Source of the DNA: Candidatus Micrarchaeota archaeon
GTDB taxonomy: Archaea; Micrarchaeota; Micrarchaeia; Anstonellales; Bilamarchaeaceae
Assembly: GCA_043816005.1 (NCBI GenBank)
Contig: JBDRIM010000052.1
Span: forward strand, 1 to 40,955
Length of the DNA stretch: 40,955 nt
Direction of reading: 5' to 3'
The notes under the pieces were generated by a model. It was not told the DNA's origin, did no database searches, and saw only the letters and a list, made by a program, of their open reading frames with translations. The position numbers were made by a program, and so were the translations under genes. This document shows, one piece after another, positions 38,330 to 40,955 of this stretch (position 1 is its first letter; every line of letters starts with the position of its first letter).

Positions 38330-39244
38330 ATGATAAAACGAGAGAGTTGTTATTGTGGAAAGGAACCAATTGTGTTCTTACCTTATTCAAGTAAACATTT
38401 ATGTGAACGGCATTTCATCAAAATGTTTGATAAAAGATTTCGTAAAACAATAAGAATTTTCTCCATGCTCCGGAAAGGCGATCGTATTGCAGTTGGATTG
38501 TCAGGTGGAAAAGATAGTTGTGTTTTACTTCATTCGCTTGTTCAATTACAAAAAGACTTGCCATTTGAACTTGTTGCAATAACCATTGATGAAGGAATCA
38601 AAGGTTATCGAGCTAAAACATTGGGAATAGCAAAAAAAGAATGTGAAAGTTTAGGTATAGAACACCACACATTTACATTCAAGGAAGTTGCAGGAAAAAC
38701 TTTGGATCAGATAGAGAAAACAGACGAAGAGAAATTACCATGCAGTTTTTGTGGCGTGATAAGAAGATATATGCTCAACAAAGGAGCACGTGAAGTTAAC
38801 GCAAATAAACTTGCAATTGGCCACAATCTTGATGATGTTGCGCAAACTGTTTTGATGAATATTATGAGAAATGAACCTTCACGTCTTGCAAGATTCAATG
38901 AACCGATGGTACAAAACAGCAAATTAATTCCACGGATAAAACCACTTATGATGACTCCCGAAAAAGAGAATGCGATTTATGCAATGGTTAAAGGAATTGA
39001 ACTGGAACAAGTTGAATGCCCATATGCTCACTTTGCCTTTCGTAGCCATATTAGAAAAATACTGAATGAAAGTGAAGAAAGATATCCTGGGACTAAATTC
39101 AAGATAGTCAACTCTTTTTTGGAAATTGAAGGGGCTTTGCGAGAGAAATATACTAAATCTGCTTCTCAGTTAGGCTGTTGTTCATCTTGCGGTGAAGCTT
39201 CTTCAAAAGAAATTTGCATGTTCTGCAAGATGATTAGAAAATAA
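38330..39244 (+). CDS. tRNA 2-thiolation enzyme, TtuA/NcsA (TIGR00269) family
   Basis: N-terminal Zn finger, SGGKDS PP-loop, CSFCGVIRR, GHNLDD, CPYA and C-terminal CxxC...CxxC. Confidence 0.9.
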   Translation: MIKRESCYCGKEPIVFLPYSSKHLCERHFIKMFDKRFRKTIRIFSMLRKGDRIAVGLSGGKDSCVLLHSLVQLQKDLPFELVAITIDEGIKGYRAKTLGIAKKECESLGIEHHTFTFKEVAGKTLDQIEKTDEEKLPCSFCGVIRRYMLNKGAREVNANKLAIGHNLDDVAQTVLMNIMRNEPSRLARFNEPMVQNSKLIPRIKPLMMTPEKENAIYAMVKGIELEQVECPYAHFAFRSHIRKILNESEERYPGTKFKIVNSFLEIEGALREKYTKSASQLGCCSSCGEASSKEICMFCKMIRK

Positions 39245-39250
39245 ATGAGA

Positions 39251-39841
39251 TTATTTCTTCGATACGTTCAAATTATTAAGTCGTGAATTTGTCCTTATTT
39301 TTACCCAGGTTGGACACCTTTTAAGATACTGTTCAAGAACATCCTTACGTATTTTCATCTCCACCAGCACTTCATCTTGAATAGGTTCCTTAAAATAGAT
39401 AAAATCAATTAGTGTTTTTTCCATATCAGAGACTGGAATCCAGAAATCATGGTATTTGATCATCTCAAAACCAAAAAACATCTTGCGATTTATGTGCCGG
39501 ATAAGATAATTATTACCTGAAAATTTTCTTGAACCAGGGCGAACTTTTTTAGTAGTTAAGATTATTGGGATTGTTTCCTGTTCCCACATGTTTCTAAGGG
39601 ATAGTGCTTCCTGAAGGCCATAATAAAAGGGTGCAAAACCAAAACCAACAAGTTCGAGTTCATCCTTAAATGTATAAACACCTTTTGCAATCCGTTTCAT
39701 TTCACCGCTGGCAAGAAGATTGTGAACTAGAAGATAGATGTATCCATCATTTATATTTCTGCCAAGAACCCGTCGCAAATCGTTTATGGTAAATGTGGAT
39801 CGTTTTCCGAATTCAATTTTAACTTTTTTCACTAGGTTCAA
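39251..39841 (-). CDS. AbiEi-like antitoxin (type IV toxin-antitoxin; wHTH + C-terminal domain)
   Basis: MKRIAKGVY, YYGLQEALSLRNM and VSDMEKTLIDF motifs; start overlaps the toxin stop. Confidence 0.8.
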   Translation of the reverse strand: MNLVKKVKIEFGKRSTFTINDLRRVLGRNINDGYIYLLVHNLLASGEMKRIAKGVYTFKDELELVGFGFAPFYYGLQEALSLRNMWEQETIPIILTTKKVRPGSRKFSGNNYLIRHINRKMFFGFEMIKYHDFWIPVSDMEKTLIDFIYFKEPIQDEVLVEMKIRKDVLEQYLKRCPTWVKIRTNSRLNNLNVSKK

Positions 39842-40482
39842 TGTGAAAACCTCTTTTTTAGAATCTCAAGCATTTGTTCAAATGAAGGAACTGCACCTGA
39901 GTAGATTATTGCTTTTATATTTTTCTCGTCAACTGGTTTTTTTACATTTATTAGAAATGATTTCATTCGTTCTGCTACTGATTTGGGGTTTTCTACCATC
40001 GCAGTAAGATGAACAAGATCATAGATGTCCCGAATAAGCATCCGATTGGAATATGCATCTATTTTCTCGAAAATAAGTTCTTCTGGACTTAGCGTAAATA
40101 TGGTCGTTAACGAACTATCCATACGTTCGTAGGTTCCAAGTGTTCCTCTTACTGATTTTGAAAAATTAAATTCTGCTCTAACTTCCACCTCTCCGTTTGA
40201 TATTTTTGAAAACACCAAGTTATCAGTTTTTTTTATTTTGGTGATAAAAAGCCCTCTGCGCTTTACCAAAGCTTCAAACTCGTTTTCAAATTTTCTTGGT
40301 TTGGAATAAAAGTCAAGATCTTCTGAGAATCTATTGCCACCATAACAACGCCAGATGGCAGTCCCACCATGTAATATTACTGAATTTTCTATTTCATATG
40401 CTATATCCAGTACTTCATCTTGTAACAGACCTATCTCACGATGTAGCCGCTTCTTAAGTTTGTTGGCCAGTGGAATTTTCAT
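39838..40482 (-). CDS. AbiEii-family nucleotidyltransferase toxin
   Basis: HGGTAI...RFSEDLDF, EKIDA and RDIYDL motifs. Start reassigned to ATG 40482. Confidence 0.88.
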   Translation of the reverse strand: MKIPLANKLKKRLHREIGLLQDEVLDIAYEIENSVILHGGTAIWRCYGGNRFSEDLDFYSKPRKFENEFEALVKRRGLFITKIKKTDNLVFSKISNGEVEVRAEFNFSKSVRGTLGTYERMDSSLTTIFTLSPEELIFEKIDAYSNRMLIRDIYDLVHLTAMVENPKSVAERMKSFLINVKKPVDEKNIKAIIYSGAVPSFEQMLEILKKRFSH

Positions 40483-40597
40483 AATAATATAAATCAACGA
40501 AACATATAAAAATATATATGTTTGGTCAATTCTTAAATATATAGTGTTATTCCACCAACCAGATTGTTTTAATAAATTCATTATCCTTACATTTCTC

Positions 40598-40955
40598 ATG
40601 GAACTTGTCTTTCTTGGTACTGGCGGAGGCCGAGTAAATCTTATAAAACAGGTTAGGGCCACTGCTGGATTTAGGATAAACTCATGTTCTGCAAATATTC
40701 ATGTTGATCCCGGACCTGGTGCTTTGCTTCATTCGATAAAAAATAGGCAGGATCCACTTGAATTAGATGCTGTTATTGTGACACATAATCATACTGACCA
40801 TGTTTGTGATGCAGGAGTTCTTATTGAAGGAATGGCAAAATATTCTCTTAAGAAAAGAGGTATAGTTATCGGGAGTAAATTAACTATTAGTGGTGATGAA
40901 GATCGAGATCGCGGAATAACAAGATGGCACCAGTCAAAGGCTGCTGAAGTTTATG
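40598..40955 (+). CDS. MBL-fold metallo-hydrolase, 3'-partial
   Basis: MELVFLGTGGGR...VDPGPG...THNHTDH (HxHxDH); runs off the end of the window. Confidence 0.88.
   Translation, partial: MELVFLGTGGGRVNLIKQVRATAGFRINSCSANIHVDPGPGALLHSIKNRQDPLELDAVIVTHNHTDHVCDAGVLIEGMAKYSLKKRGIVIGSKLTISGDEDRDRGITRWHQSKAAEVY

Noticed and set aside
1163..40007. Numerous 60-180 aa antisense or out-of-frame ORFs in the track
   Set aside because: They lie within well-supported genes, have no motifs and show typical shadow-ORF composition.
1..40955. tRNA, rRNA, transposase or integrase genes
   Set aside because: No cloverleaf, rRNA-like GC-rich tract or mobile-element motif was recognised, and intergenic gaps are short and AT-rich.

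Overview
Archaeal genomic DNA: GGTGA/GGAGG Shine-Dalgarno (SD) motifs, TTTAAATA-type promoters, TrpY, archaeal SepF and a class III signal-peptide protein. It is most reminiscent of DPANN/Micrarchaeota, but that is an inference. The left half is a roughly 15 kb aromatic amino acid cluster. trpY is divergent from trpE-G-D-C-B-A with tandem TRP boxes and no trpF. A separately promoted bacterial-type shikimate/Phe/Tyr operon follows: aroF, aroB, aroD, aroE-aroK fusion, aroA, aroC, frameshifted pheA, tyrA, a GNAT and an aminotransferase. The strongest find is an unannotated 26-aa leader peptide (9400-9480, MTIAENRWQNLFYYFSFSYHYQENRK) dense in Trp/Phe/Tyr codons. It is embedded in mutually exclusive RNA hairpins upstream of the DAHP synthase gene, making it a candidate ribosome-mediated attenuator in an archaeon. 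The right half holds a polytopic-membrane double AAA+ ATPase, an H+-PPase, SepF, a novel repeat protein, ScpA and a CBS-HPF hibernation-factor-like protein. It also has a TrmB-regulated radical SAM + PRMT-like pair, pyrC, a TPR-AAA protein, enolase, an unannotated ThiS/SAMP gene that seems to start at ATA, TtuA/NcsA, a reverse-order AbiE toxin-antitoxin pair and a partial MBL hydrolase. All family calls come from motif recognition by eye, with no database searches.
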